Virus record (IMG/VR): IMGVR_UViG_3300005466_000025
Coordinates: 1 to 64,000 of that record
Source of the DNA: a virus
Reading direction: 5' to 3' (one strand)
DNA length: 64,000 nucleotides
This document shows positions 44,195 to 54,421 of this stretch, piece after piece. Under the pieces are notes generated by a model. It saw only the letters and a list, made by a program, of their open reading frames with translations. It ran no database searches and was not told the DNA's origin. Positions within the stretch are counted from its first letter, which is position 1. Each line of letters starts with the position of its first letter. The translations under genes and the position numbers were made by a program.

Positions 44195-46150
44195 ATGCCA
44201 AGAAACAACGAGGAAGAACTAAATCCTGTATTTCGACTCAATAATGATACAGGACGATGGGAACTTCAACCATTAAGTCCTGTTGAATATGAAATACAGA
44301 TTGATTCGGAAGGAGAACAAGTGCCAGAAGTTCCAGAGGTAAACCCGGAACCGGAAATCCTTAGTGTTCCAGTACCGACAATTGCCGGTCTATATTTCCA
44401 AAGTGAAACCGGAGGTAGAACACTTAGAAATACAAGAAGTACAGATGCAATTGTCCCCGGTTGTAGCGTTCAAGTTGGCGTTTGGGATAGACAGCCGGAT
44501 GCAATTCGTCAGTCATATAGTCAGTTCAAACAGTGGGCAGTTGAAAATGGGTTTGGAGTAAGCTCAACAGCCCATGATTATTTCACGGAGAATGGATATC
44601 AAATCAATGTTGATTATTATTTCCTTCTCTGTGATATAAACGACCCCAATGCAATTGACATTGCTGGGATTATTTCTCAGCCTGATTGTTCCTGTGGAGA
44701 GGAACTTGATTATCCAACGGTAATGTGTCCCTCTTGTGACGCAAAAAATCACTGTGCCTCTTGTCGTAAGTTTTCCACAAACGTTCTATTTGATCCTAGT
44801 TGGGGAGACTATTGCGATGAGTGTGGGATTAATTGTGAGGAATGTGGATCAGCATGTCACTCACAAAATGGGGACTGTATCACATGTAATCCCCGTCAAA
44901 ATTGTAATTCCTGCGGGGTTACAATGTATGAAAACAGGGACCACGTTAATGAATGGGCATTTGAGGAGGTCACAAGATATTTTTGTGACCCCTGTTTTCC
45001 TGGCCTATGTCATTCATGTGGGACTGTTTATGACGTTGAACAGATCATCATTGATGGCGATGTTCAGCAGTGTATTTCCTGTGTAAGTAAGAACAGCTTC
45101 GAAGAATGGGATGAGAATTCCCAGGATAGGAATATGCTGATTCCCACAATTCCAGGGCGGGAAACAATTCGTCTTGTTGGCGTGGAAATCGAAGGTGCCA
45201 ATGGTGAAAACGTAAGTGGATTCGATGGTGGACACGCATTGGCTAGAGGCCTTTATCAGGAAGGTCTGACGAGATATTCCGAAATGACTGGCTATCATAG
45301 TGGTAGCGGAAGTCGATCATATAGGGTTCACGTTGAGCGTGACTCAAGCGTGGATTGGGAAATGGTAATCGGGCCACTAAATGTGGCTGATGAGGAAGAT
45401 GTACGACTCCTTAATAAGTCAGTAAGGGTTGTGCGTGGATTCATCAATAACAAAACCCTTAAGCTGGATATGCGGGCAGGATTGCATATTCATGTTGGTG
45501 CCGATAGGGTTCCGTTTCCTAAGGCCTATAACCTCCATAAGCTCTATATGTATACGGAGGATTTCCTCTATCGATTGGGTGCAGCCAAGTGGCCCTATCA
45601 TAGGTCTATTAATAGACGTGGAGGAAGGGATCAGGCTGGAAAAAGTCCAGTCGCAGAAGGGAAGCTAAACTTCGCCCAAACATTCTCGGGACAAAGGTAT
45701 TATGGTCTGTCATTTGACAACTATTTTGCCCGGTATTTCGAGCATTGTGGGTGCGGGGCTAGAACATACGGATTGTTCGATGAATGCACTTGTGATCTAG
45801 GCAAGTGTACATTCGAATTTCGGCTGTTCAATACAACGGCAAATACGATCAAGCTGCACGCCTATCTTGCAATTTGTCAGGCGCTTGTGGCTAAGGCAAT
45901 TGAGATGGATGAAATCACGGATTCAAGTCTGTTTCCGGCACTTGATTTCACCAAAACAAGGGCATCGGATTTGCACCCCTCAACGCGAAGAAAGCTCGGA
46001 CGTGAATGGGAGAAGAGGATCGTTTTCGTTAACGAGGAACTCCCGCTTACAACGGAGGAAAAGGCCTCAATTCACTATTGCATTATGAATAGTGAGATGG
46101 GGAAGATCGTGACGAATGCGGATATCCTACTACAGACGGAGGAAAACTAA
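44195..46150 (+). CDS. Cys-rich multi-zinc-finger amidoligase 3
   Basis: many CxxC; VGVEIE, DSS, GLHIHV, TFEFRLF. Confidence 0.85.
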   Translation: MPRNNEEELNPVFRLNNDTGRWELQPLSPVEYEIQIDSEGEQVPEVPEVNPEPEILSVPVPTIAGLYFQSETGGRTLRNTRSTDAIVPGCSVQVGVWDRQPDAIRQSYSQFKQWAVENGFGVSSTAHDYFTENGYQINVDYYFLLCDINDPNAIDIAGIISQPDCSCGEELDYPTVMCPSCDAKNHCASCRKFSTNVLFDPSWGDYCDECGINCEECGSACHSQNGDCITCNPRQNCNSCGVTMYENRDHVNEWAFEEVTRYFCDPCFPGLCHSCGTVYDVEQIIIDGDVQQCISCVSKNSFEEWDENSQDRNMLIPTIPGRETIRLVGVEIEGANGENVSGFDGGHALARGLYQEGLTRYSEMTGYHSGSGSRSYRVHVERDSSVDWEMVIGPLNVADEEDVRLLNKSVRVVRGFINNKTLKLDMRAGLHIHVGADRVPFPKAYNLHKLYMYTEDFLYRLGAAKWPYHRSINRRGGRDQAGKSPVAEGKLNFAQTFSGQRYYGLSFDNYFARYFEHCGCGARTYGLFDECTCDLGKCTFEFRLFNTTANTIKLHAYLAICQALVAKAIEMDEITDSSLFPALDFTKTRASDLHPSTRRKLGREWEKRIVFVNEELPLTTEEKASIHYCIMNSEMGKIVTNADILLQTEEN

Positions 46151-47488
46151 ATGTGTGGTATTGCCGGAATCTATCTTAAGGACCCGGACGAGCAGTATCT
46201 TTCACAGAAGGAAATCGAGGATACTGTGGACTGGCTTTTCTGTGGAATTGAAAACAGAGGAACTCATGCCAGTGGTGTAGCAGTACAGACCACAAATGGA
46301 GAGCATTACCTGGAAAAGAGTGATATGCCAGCGTCAAAGTTCATCTTTTGGCGCAGGGATATTCCCTCAAACCCTAGGATTATTCTTCAGCATACCCGTT
46401 GGGCAACAAAGGGTAAGCCAGAGAATCTCCTGAATAATCATCCGATTGCGTATGAGAATGTCATTGCGATTCACAATGGTCATATCTCAAATGACGATGA
46501 GCTATTTGAGAGTGAGTCACTGAATAGAATCGCGGAGGTTGACTCCGAGATTATTCCGGCTCTGCTTCACAAATATACCTTTGAGAATCCAAAGGAAGCC
46601 CTGGAAAAGATGATTGGTGGATTCGCAATTGCGGCCATTGATGATCGAAATCCTGGAACACTTCTGCTTGCAAAAGGTACAAGCTCACCGCTTGTATTCA
46701 TTGAAACAGATGGAATGTTCATGTGGGCATCTGAGCAGAAATTCCTAGAGGATGCCCTGCTTTATGGAATGGGCTATGAATCAAAGCCCGGTGAATTCCA
46801 TAACGTTGCATATGGACGGTATGCACTGATTAATGGCGATGAAATGACTGTTGCTGATTTCAGTCCTGCATACAAGACATATGTTTCCACTCCGTATGCT
46901 AGTTCGTGGGCAGATAGATCAGTATCCGTTCCTACTGGCGGGGAATATCGTGCAGCCGAGGGTTGGTATGACATGAATGCCAGGGATAAGTGTGACGAAT
47001 GCTTTATCTGGTACCCGGCATATCAGCTAAATAAGCACGGCAATGATCGCTATTGTGATCATTGTGAGGTTAAGCTATTCGATATTCTTCCGAATGGTAC
47101 TCGGGTGCTTAAGTCAACGAAAAAGCTCTCAAGAAAGGAGAGAAAGCGTCAGCGGCGGGAAGCCGCACGTAAATTTCAGGAGAGTAAAAGGAAAGCGGAG
47201 TCTGCTCCGAAGGAAGTAACTACAATTGCTGATGCCTTGGATCAGGAGCATTGGCATGTATGTGAACTAGTTGCAAATCACTATGGAACTAAGAAGGAAT
47301 TCGTTGACTTTCTTCTGTTCAGTGATCATGACATTGAGGACTATGATGATGCCAATCTGATGCAGATGTTCCTGGAATTCCAGGATAAGTATCAGGAGTT
47401 TCTTACTGAGGTAAGTGCTGATACGGATAATCTAATGGAAACCATTGGTATTGCAAATGAACTTGATCGGGCGTTTCTGGGACTCTAA
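46151..47488 (+). CDS. class II glutamine amidotransferase
   Basis: MCGIAG, RG.H.SG, HTRWAT.G, NHP, HNG.I.N, VDSE, WASE. Confidence 0.9.
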   Translation: MCGIAGIYLKDPDEQYLSQKEIEDTVDWLFCGIENRGTHASGVAVQTTNGEHYLEKSDMPASKFIFWRRDIPSNPRIILQHTRWATKGKPENLLNNHPIAYENVIAIHNGHISNDDELFESESLNRIAEVDSEIIPALLHKYTFENPKEALEKMIGGFAIAAIDDRNPGTLLLAKGTSSPLVFIETDGMFMWASEQKFLEDALLYGMGYESKPGEFHNVAYGRYALINGDEMTVADFSPAYKTYVSTPYASSWADRSVSVPTGGEYRAAEGWYDMNARDKCDECFIWYPAYQLNKHGNDRYCDHCEVKLFDILPNGTRVLKSTKKLSRKERKRQRREAARKFQESKRKAESAPKEVTTIADALDQEHWHVCELVANHYGTKKEFVDFLLFSDHDIEDYDDANLMQMFLEFQDKYQEFLTEVSADTDNLMETIGIANELDRAFLGL

Positions 47489-48318
47489 TGTTAATGTATA
47501 ACAGAAGGGGTAGGGCCACTGGTGAGAAAATCGCCATGGCCCTACAGCTTCCCGATGAGGTTCTAATTCGTTGGGGTAGTTCATTGAATCCCGAAGTCGA
47601 TGAGGATTATGAAAGGGTGATTAATTCCTCAGAGGCAATCCAGAATGCAACGGATAAACTTCTTTCACTTGAAATGATGAGTGAGGGTGGATTGAATGTC
47701 CCCGCATGGGATGAGAATCCGGAGAATTTGGTGGAGCAGTATGGCTATCCAATTCTTGGACGAAAGCTGCGTCATGCAAGGGGAAGTGATATCCAGTTTT
47801 GTCTACAGAAAAGGGATCACCGTAGACCACGGGATTTCTATACTGTATATATTCCAACAAACAGGGAGTATCGTGTTCATGTTGTTGGGGATCAGGCAGT
47901 AAGAGTACAGGCTAAATATCTGGACTTTCCAGAACAGAAAAAGGCTTGGATTAGGAATTATGAATCCGGCTATCGGTTCCGTAATCCGCGTCTCAGGATG
48001 CATCGTAGGCGGCTACAGGACGCAATTAGGGCCGTTTCTATATTAGGTCTGGACTTTGGGGCGGTTGATTTGATTGTCGGGGATGATAATGAGACATATA
48101 TTCTCGAAGTTAATACCGCACCTTCCTGCTCCCCATTGACAGGGGCATCCTACGTAAATGGGATCGCTAATCTGTTTGAACCCGGCGAAATCGAAGTTAA
48201 TTTGGAGCCACTACAGCTTCTAACTAGCGACGATGAAGATGGGGATTCAGAGGATGATGATGATTCCGATATCGAGGAGTATATAAGGGAGATGGAGAAT
48301 GCCGCAATTACCGCGTAA
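47488..48318 (+). CDS. ATP-grasp (RimK-like) ligase
   Basis: IRWG, DKL, EYRVHV, LGLDFGAVD, ILEVNTAP. Confidence 0.9.
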   Translation: MLMYNRRGRATGEKIAMALQLPDEVLIRWGSSLNPEVDEDYERVINSSEAIQNATDKLLSLEMMSEGGLNVPAWDENPENLVEQYGYPILGRKLRHARGSDIQFCLQKRDHRRPRDFYTVYIPTNREYRVHVVGDQAVRVQAKYLDFPEQKKAWIRNYESGYRFRNPRLRMHRRRLQDAIRAVSILGLDFGAVDLIVGDDNETYILEVNTAPSCSPLTGASYVNGIANLFEPGEIEVNLEPLQLLTSDDEDGDSEDDDDSDIEEYIREMENAAITA

Positions 48319-48505
48319 AAGGCAGATTCTTGAACAATATCCCATCAGTGGTCGGGATGAAATTGAGAAGAGAATCAAGGCCTGTGCAACAAATATCCAT
48401 TCCCCTTATTCCTGGTATAGGGAGGACGTTCGCAGACTATTGATCATGTGCGACTTCCTATATACGGAAAATATGCAGTTGAAAGATGAACAGGAGGAGG
48501 ATTAA
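48299..48505 (+). CDS. hypothetical protein
   Basis: ORF in coupled array. Confidence 0.55.
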   Translation: MPQLPRKRQILEQYPISGRDEIEKRIKACATNIHSPYSWYREDVRRLLIMCDFLYTENMQLKDEQEED

Positions 48506-48726
48506 TGTCAAATCTAGTTATTAGAACCGAGCCTGGACTTGCCTGGAAATATCGGGCCAAAGTCTATAAATCATATCTATGGGGTGCCATTATAATTCGC
48601 ACGGCTACGGCAATGGGATTCGGAAACACTGCCGAAGAAGCAATCCTGGATGCCAAAAATAAATATGTTCAGTGCGTTCCTAGTGGGGAATATTATAGAT
48701 CAGTAAAATGGGACGGGAGGCTTTAA
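48505..48726 (+). CDS. small protein with G.T.EEA motif
   Basis: GGAGG SD; GFGNTAEEAI. Confidence 0.6.
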   Translation: MSNLVIRTEPGLAWKYRAKVYKSYLWGAIIIRTATAMGFGNTAEEAILDAKNKYVQCVPSGEYYRSVKWDGRL

Positions 48727-48905
48727 TGTCATATCTATGTAAGCACGGATACATGTTTTCATCGTGTCAAACATGCGTTGCAATTGAGGAAGCCGTTGAG
48801 GAATTCCTAATGGCACCGCCTGAAACAACCGTGGAAGATGACTATATGTATGATGTTTATCTGGAAATGGATGAGCGTCGTCTCAGCGAAACGGAGGAGA
48901 ATTAA
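48726..48905 (+). CDS. small acidic Cys-containing protein
   Basis: CKHG...C..C; GGAGG SD. Confidence 0.55.
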   Translation: MSYLCKHGYMFSSCQTCVAIEEAVEEFLMAPPETTVEDDYMYDVYLEMDERRLSETEEN

Positions 48906-49229
48906 ATGAATTTCCTGGCCGTACTACAGACGGATAATTCCGAGTTTGTATGCCTTGGCAAGACTAAAAAGGCCGCAAAAGCTGGCGTATATGACGGATA
49001 TAATACATTCGTCAAAAAGCTTCTGGAAACGGAGCATAAGAATCCGCTACAGGATGTAACATCGGAATGGCTGGAATCACGGCTGGATAAATATTATCGT
49101 CATTTTCTTGGCGGTAAGGTAGGAATGGAAACCCTGGAACGAAAGTGGGAGCTAACCGTTCTTGAACTCACTTATGATACTTGTTATCGTGATGGGTATG
49201 AGACTCCCCGCCGGGAACAGGACTATTAA
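48906..49229 (+). CDS. hypothetical protein
   Basis: GGAG SD; 107 aa. Confidence 0.65.
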   Translation: MNFLAVLQTDNSEFVCLGKTKKAAKAGVYDGYNTFVKKLLETEHKNPLQDVTSEWLESRLDKYYRHFLGGKVGMETLERKWELTVLELTYDTCYRDGYETPRREQDY

Positions 49230-49421
49230 ATGATCGTCAATATCATCTTGGTTTTTGACACAGATGAGATGGCGAAAGATGCAGATGATGGCGAATCCTA
49301 TGGTCTTCCTGATGTTCATCAAATTGCGGAGGAAACTAATATGGAATGGGCCGCAAATTATTATGGATATCAGGGGTACCGGGTGGAGGTAGCACAATGG
49401 AAGGAGACAATTGGAACCTAA
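49230..49421 (+). CDS. hypothetical protein
   Basis: abutting ORF. Confidence 0.55.
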   Translation: MIVNIILVFDTDEMAKDADDGESYGLPDVHQIAEETNMEWAANYYGYQGYRVEVAQWKETIGT

Positions 49422-49974
49422 AATTCTACTAATCGTTGGACGATCAGAAACGGAGGATAGATTTCGCTCACAAATTGAGCGGACACTACCAAACGGGTTT
49501 GTTATTGAAGGGATTCATTCACTTGGTGAGTTCTATGAATCCGACAATAAGGATCGGTTTATTGCGTTTGTATCGTGTCTAGATGAGGAGCTTTTCAATG
49601 AGAGCTTTGACGCAATTGTTCGCAAGGCTAGGGCTAATTCTTTCGGTGCAAACCCATTTGACAACATCTCAGATGCGTTCGAATATGCAACGAATGAATA
49701 CAACTTCGAATCAGATGATTCTGCCAGAGAGGAACGATATACAGAACTAAGGGAAAGGTTCCCTCTATTTTCGGCAGAGGAATGGGAGCAAATTCAAATC
49801 TTTGACTCCCTATATCATACCGGGAAGGTCCAGCCAATTCGTGCCAGATTCAATGATGAGACAGTAGTTGTATTGGCTCATATTACGGCGGGTGCGGATG
49901 AAGTTAGGGTAACGCCAATGATGGTACTTATCACTGACGATATCCATAACGATCTGGAAATTCCCTTTGCCTAA
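49411..49974 (+). CDS. hypothetical acidic protein
   Basis: 187 aa; AAGGAG SD + TTG. Confidence 0.7.
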   Translation: MEPKILLIVGRSETEDRFRSQIERTLPNGFVIEGIHSLGEFYESDNKDRFIAFVSCLDEELFNESFDAIVRKARANSFGANPFDNISDAFEYATNEYNFESDDSAREERYTELRERFPLFSAEEWEQIQIFDSLYHTGKVQPIRARFNDETVVVLAHITAGADEVRVTPMMVLITDDIHNDLEIPFA

Positions 49975-50000
49975 GGAGGTTCAAAATCTCTAAAATCTAC

Positions 50001-50297
50001 TTGAAACTAGTCGTTGAGGAAATCGCAGATGATGCAGCAGTGGAAGCATTATTTGAGGAGCTAGAAACCTACCCATGGATTAGAACCGCCAGCATTTCAT
50101 TCGGCGGTATGTTCGGGGAAACTAGGAAGAAGGATTTCTATGTTGACCGAATCTTTGAAGGGGTATTGCCTCGCGTAGTAGTGCAGCAATTCGAAATCAA
50201 GCGTCTTGATAGGAATAGAATTCGTAGACTTATCAGGAGCTATGAGCAAAAGGCAATCGAGCTAAAGGAGCAACTAAAGGGTCTTGAGCATTCTTGA
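50001..50297 (+). CDS. hypothetical protein
   Basis: ORF in array. Confidence 0.6.
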   Translation: MKLVVEEIADDAAVEALFEELETYPWIRTASISFGGMFGETRKKDFYVDRIFEGVLPRVVVQQFEIKRLDRNRIRRLIRSYEQKAIELKEQLKGLEHS

Positions 50298-50646
50298 GAA
50301 GAACTCATATAAAATAGAGGAACTTAGAACCATTAAGGACCTCCGGGATATCTATAACTCTCATACACCAAAAAGTGCCTGGCTTTTTCTGTCCCTAGTT
50401 GGATTTCATGGGACAAGTCTGACGCTGGATGATCTTGAATTGATTCTGGAAAATCAATCCAATATCACTGAGTCCGTGAATGGAAGATGGTGGATCACTA
50501 TTCTGGTGGTCTATCCACTGAGAACATCGGTTTCCATTCTTGAATTCGGGGATATCATGATTGACTCCGAGGACATTCAATGGCTCAGGGAAAAGGTCAG
50601 GGAAACCCTGGTAGAAGTGGAGGCATCTCAATATGGAAACACCTAA
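50284..50646 (+). CDS. hypothetical protein
   Basis: ORF in array. Confidence 0.6.
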   Translation: MSILEKNSYKIEELRTIKDLRDIYNSHTPKSAWLFLSLVGFHGTSLTLDDLELILENQSNITESVNGRWWITILVVYPLRTSVSILEFGDIMIDSEDIQWLREKVRETLVEVEASQYGNT

Positions 50647-50911
50647 GACAATGTTGTTTAGGGCTGAGAGGGAAATGGCAAACGAAATCGAAGTCAATAT
50701 TCCTGAGCTTCGCAATATGTTCGGGGATACTTGGCGTAATTTGGTTAATCCGCCTGATTACTATGATGATGATCAGGATGGATATGAGGATGATATTGAG
50801 GAATTCGTCAAGGAGGTTCTCTATGGAAATGGGGAGGAAATTGACGGTGTTTCTCGGATTGGCGGAAATGAAACAGATGGTGTGTTCTACATGAGAATCA
50901 GAAACTTCTAA
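50633..50911 (+). CDS. acidic hypothetical protein
   Basis: GGAGG SD; D/E-rich core. Confidence 0.65.
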   Translation: METPKTMLFRAEREMANEIEVNIPELRNMFGDTWRNLVNPPDYYDDDQDGYEDDIEEFVKEVLYGNGEEIDGVSRIGGNETDGVFYMRIRNF

Positions 50912-51444
50912 TGGGAATGAAAACTGAGCTACAGGAGCATCTTTCATTTCTGGCGGAAACCCTAGGTTGTAGATTGGATCAGCCGGGAATTGATACCCCC
51001 GGAATGATGTATGTTGAATTTGGATATGTGGAAGGGCCTAAGCTCTCCCGAGAAATCACAAATTCCTATTCAAATCTACAGTCACGATACATGGTGAATA
51101 TGCATGAGCTAGGGCACTTTGCACGCGGCCATACGCAGGGCCGTCCGCCTATGCAAAACAAAAGGTGGTATTTCACCAACGGGGTTTTAAAAAGTGAGGC
51201 GGAAGCCTGGGAATGGGCGATGGATAATTCCATTCTATCCGCCTATGAGAACGACACTAAATCCTTCATGTGGGAGCGATGTATGGGTTCATATTATCGA
51301 GGCTCCCAGATGGACGGATACACCCGAAATGATAACCGTCTATTCAATGGGAATAGGCATCACGTTGCATTCAAATGGGATCGCCCGGATGAGTATTTCT
51401 GGGAAGTAAAGGAGAGACTAAGTGGAGCAGCTACCTACGCTTAA
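50911..51444 (+). CDS. HExxH metallopeptidase-like protein
   Basis: MHELGH...EAEAW.WA. Confidence 0.7.
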   Translation: MGMKTELQEHLSFLAETLGCRLDQPGIDTPGMMYVEFGYVEGPKLSREITNSYSNLQSRYMVNMHELGHFARGHTQGRPPMQNKRWYFTNGVLKSEAEAWEWAMDNSILSAYENDTKSFMWERCMGSYYRGSQMDGYTRNDNRLFNGNRHHVAFKWDRPDEYFWEVKERLSGAATYA

Positions 51445-51631
51445 GGCAAGATTCAGATATGACGGATTTGTCCGTCATCTGGAAAATGTCACCCTTGAGC
51501 CATTAAAAAGCACGCTCATTGGCATGGAAGTAAGGAAAGGGGGAATGTTCTCAAACAAAATCAAGAGATATTCTTTTGACAAAATTGATCATCCCCTTGA
51601 ATTTTCTAGGGAAGGAGAGGCAGATGAATAA
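51422..51631 (+). CDS. WYL/SH3-like small protein
   Basis: F.Y.G..R...KRY.FDKI. Confidence 0.5.
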   Translation: MEQLPTLKARFRYDGFVRHLENVTLEPLKSTLIGMEVRKGGMFSNKIKRYSFDKIDHPLEFSREGEADE

Positions 51632-52043
51632 TCAGGAGGCATACGAACTAATCTTTGATTGGCTTGCCCGACCAGGGGCAACTAAGTGCATGAAGGAAAG
51701 AGTGATTGGAGTAGGACAAGTTTGTGCCTATTCTGATGGAAAAGGCAATCATTGTGCCATTGGTGGCCCTATGAAGAATATCCTCGACCTAAAAATTGTG
51801 GATTATGCGGACGAAGAAGGAGAAATGATTATTGGAGATTATGAGGGCTCAATTGTGGAATTGATGGGATGGGCACCTGAAGTTGATGCATTTTGGGATG
51901 GTGTTGATATTGACTTTCTTGAATCAGCACAAACATGCCATGATGCTCCACTCCAAGATGAAGATTGGCAGAATGAGGCCCTAACAAGTCTAAATGCACA
52001 GGCTTCTAGTTTCGATCTAAAACTAAAGAAGATTCCCGCATGA
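51624..52043 (+). CDS. conserved phage hypothetical protein
   Basis: C.Y....G..CAIG ... L...Q..HD pattern. Confidence 0.7.
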   Translation: MNNQEAYELIFDWLARPGATKCMKERVIGVGQVCAYSDGKGNHCAIGGPMKNILDLKIVDYADEEGEMIIGDYEGSIVELMGWAPEVDAFWDGVDIDFLESAQTCHDAPLQDEDWQNEALTSLNAQASSFDLKLKKIPA

Positions 52044-52255
52044 CAGTAAGGGAAGAGGCAATTGCTCGGCAGATTAGATTCAGTAATCTGGACTTTGAGG
52101 ATATTTTCAAAGCGGAGGGAATTGATTTCTACTCCCTCTCAGAGGATGAATGGCGATCCTTTGAAAATATGTTCATGGAAGGTATTCAATGGTCAGAAGT
52201 GGCGAGTATTGCCGCCTCAACCATTAAATTCCATAGGGATGCCGACACAATCTAA
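52040..52255 (+). CDS. hypothetical protein
   Basis: ATGA coupling; last gene before terminator. Confidence 0.6.
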   Translation: MTVREEAIARQIRFSNLDFEDIFKAEGIDFYSLSEDEWRSFENMFMEGIQWSEVASIAASTIKFHRDADTI

Positions 52256-52262
52256 ATAACAT

Positions 52263-52304
52263 TAGCGGCCCTGGGACTAATACTCCTGGGGCCGCTATTT
52301 TTTT
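52263..52304 (+). terminator. Rho-independent terminator
   Basis: TAGCGGCCCTGGG/CCTGGGGCCGCTA followed by T7. Confidence 0.85.
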
Positions 52305-52352
52305 GTGCTAAAATCCATTCAGAATTACTAAACAATTCAGAAAGGATTAAGA

Positions 52353-53258
52353 ATGGCAACCCCAACAGGAATTCACAGAATGCTTCAAAGTGGATACTGG
52401 ATCAATACTGTATTTCCACAGTTTAAGGCCAAGTATCCAATTGATGCAGGAAAGATTGAAAGCGAACAAAAGGGAGTTAAAAAGCCCCTTCCTGCGTCTG
52501 ATTTTGCAAAGGGTGTAGTGGAGGAAATACGTGCCCACCCTTTAACCCTACCCCCTAGCACAAATTTTGGCATTTGGGATAAGCCAACGGTAATGTTGCA
52601 CAACCCTAGGGGTGGAGTCGAATATCAGGAGGAACAAGTTAAATATTTCGGCTCAGCTATGTGCGACGTAAATGGAATTGATCCAAATGATCCCCAAAGC
52701 ACCTGGGCACCATATAAGACTAGGGCCACAAATGTCGGTCTTAAAACAGTTGATTGGCAGCACTGCCACACATATCCAATGGTCCAGGACCTACTCAATA
52801 AATTCAAGCAGAATCCTCTTAAGACAGGCGGATTGAATCTTGAGAGCATTGTGTTTGAGGGATTGAAGCCTAACATCCTGGCGCAAATGATTGACGACAC
52901 ATTGGGAACCGATGTTATTTTGGGAATCCCAACATTGGGATGGATGGATGGAATTGATTGGTCGGCGCTGAGCCGCCATGTATTCCAGCTTGAATTTTTC
53001 CTCAACGACCCAGTGCCGGATTGGATCGGTATACCGGACGTTGAACTATGTAAGCAAATGGCATATCACGCCAGGGAGGATTGTGGGGTTAGAAAGCTAA
53101 CAATGGTTTGTGGAATATATGATGCCTCATCATACAATCCCCTTGCCAGAACTCTAACATCATCCCAGTACAAATCCATTATTGCGGCTGCGGGAGAACG
53201 ATTTGGAGGCATTTATTTGGGCGATAACAATGGCCCAAACTATTCACAATGGGCATAA
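52353..53258 (+). CDS. hypothetical protein (possibly glycoside-hydrolase-like barrel)
   Basis: 301-aa ORF with its own promoter TGCTAAAAT (52306-52314) and SD; function unassigned. Confidence 0.7.
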   Translation: MATPTGIHRMLQSGYWINTVFPQFKAKYPIDAGKIESEQKGVKKPLPASDFAKGVVEEIRAHPLTLPPSTNFGIWDKPTVMLHNPRGGVEYQEEQVKYFGSAMCDVNGIDPNDPQSTWAPYKTRATNVGLKTVDWQHCHTYPMVQDLLNKFKQNPLKTGGLNLESIVFEGLKPNILAQMIDDTLGTDVILGIPTLGWMDGIDWSALSRHVFQLEFFLNDPVPDWIGIPDVELCKQMAYHAREDCGVRKLTMVCGIYDASSYNPLARTLTSSQYKSIIAAAGERFGGIYLGDNNGPNYSQWA

Positions 53259-53413
53259 GAATAGGGCGAAAAGAGGGGTTACGGCACCCTCTAGAGTGCC
53301 TCTGTGCGGCTATAGGCGCTTGTCTGCGGCCATGCAAAACACATGGGCGGTAAGGGCGTCACTAGGGGTTTGTTTGAGCGCAGGCGGCCTTAGAAAATGA
53401 GCGTATAAAGAAA

Positions 53414-53422
53414 TGCTATAAT
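53414..53422 (+). promoter_or_regulatory. extended -10 leaderless promoter
   Basis: TGCTATAAT 6 nt before ATG 53429. Confidence 0.7.
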
Positions 53423-53428
53423 ACTATA

Positions 53429-53713
53429 ATGAAAAAGCCAACAAGAAAGGACTATGATGCCTTTAGGTGGCTTCCACTTGATCAGTGGAATACGGATAAG
53501 CTATTGGGTCCAATCATGGGAGGGACAATCTGTTGCAAGATTTGCGACACATACATTGCAATGATGGACTCCAAAACCCATGTTGAAAAACACGTCGCCG
53601 TCAGAAAACGGCAGCTTGCTGATGATAAAAAGAAGGCAAGTGCCGCAAGGGCGGAGGCAATGAGACTGGCTAGGGAAGAGAAAAAGAGGAAGAAACTGGC
53701 CGGCAATTTGTAA
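53429..53713 (+). CDS. C2H2-like zinc-finger basic protein
   Basis: C..C...H...H; Lys-rich tail. Confidence 0.65.
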   Translation: MKKPTRKDYDAFRWLPLDQWNTDKLLGPIMGGTICCKICDTYIAMMDSKTHVEKHVAVRKRQLADDKKKASAARAEAMRLAREEKKRKKLAGNL

Positions 53714-53732
53714 GCTAAAAAGGAGGGCTCTT

Positions 53733-54218
53733 ATTTTAATTAAAAGAAAAAATAGAATTTTTATTTTTATTATTTTGTGTGTTGTATTATTATTTTCATT
53801 TGCTAGATCGGCAACCGCCTCAAGTAAGGCGGAAATCAAGAAGATCAATAGATATCTACAATCAACACCGATGAGAGGGACAGGTAAAATAATTGTCAAT
53901 CAGTCCAGAAAATACAAGATCAACCCCACTTTCGTTGTTGCAGTTGCAGGAAAGGAATCGAGTTTTGGAGCAGCATCTTGCAGCAGCAATCCAAAAAACG
54001 TTTGGGGACTCGGAGCTTGCAACAGAGCTTGGAGAACTCCTGAATTCAAATCCTGGATACAGGCTATCAATTATTTTGTCCGTTTTATTGACGGAAGATG
54101 GCCCAGTGCTAATAACCCATTCGAATTCTATGGATACTGCCAGGGGTGCGAGTATGAGTGGGGGAGCGCAGTTTCAACTCATATGCGAAACATTACCGGA
54201 AGCACAAGAGTAAGATGA
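53733..54218 (+). CDS. membrane-anchored/secreted lysozyme-like (glucosaminidase-type) protein
   Basis: N-terminal basic + hydrophobic stretch; INP.FVVA.AG.ESSFG, N.WG. Confidence 0.7.
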   Translation: MLIKRKNRIFIFIILCVVLLFSFARSATASSKAEIKKINRYLQSTPMRGTGKIIVNQSRKYKINPTFVVAVAGKESSFGAASCSSNPKNVWGLGACNRAWRTPEFKSWIQAINYFVRFIDGRWPSANNPFEFYGYCQGCEYEWGSAVSTHMRNITGSTRVR

Positions 54219-54421
54219 GAGCAGAAGAGGAAATAAGACGGTTCTATAAGGATTATGTCCTTAGATTCGCAAAGTCCAAGCTAACAGGAAAGGAAGTTGC
54301 GGCTCAACAATATTTTGGAGCCGCCGTAGCCTGTGGCAGAATTTTAGGTAAGGATATGAAGAGAATTAAAAAGGATTTTGGGATAGCCGAGGATCACTAT
54401 CGCAGAGAGGGACTGGATTAA
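54215..54421 (+). CDS. hypothetical protein
   Basis: 68-aa ORF abutting the upstream gene. Confidence 0.5.
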   Translation: MRAEEEIRRFYKDYVLRFAKSKLTGKEVAAQQYFGAAVACGRILGKDMKRIKKDFGIAEDHYRREGLD

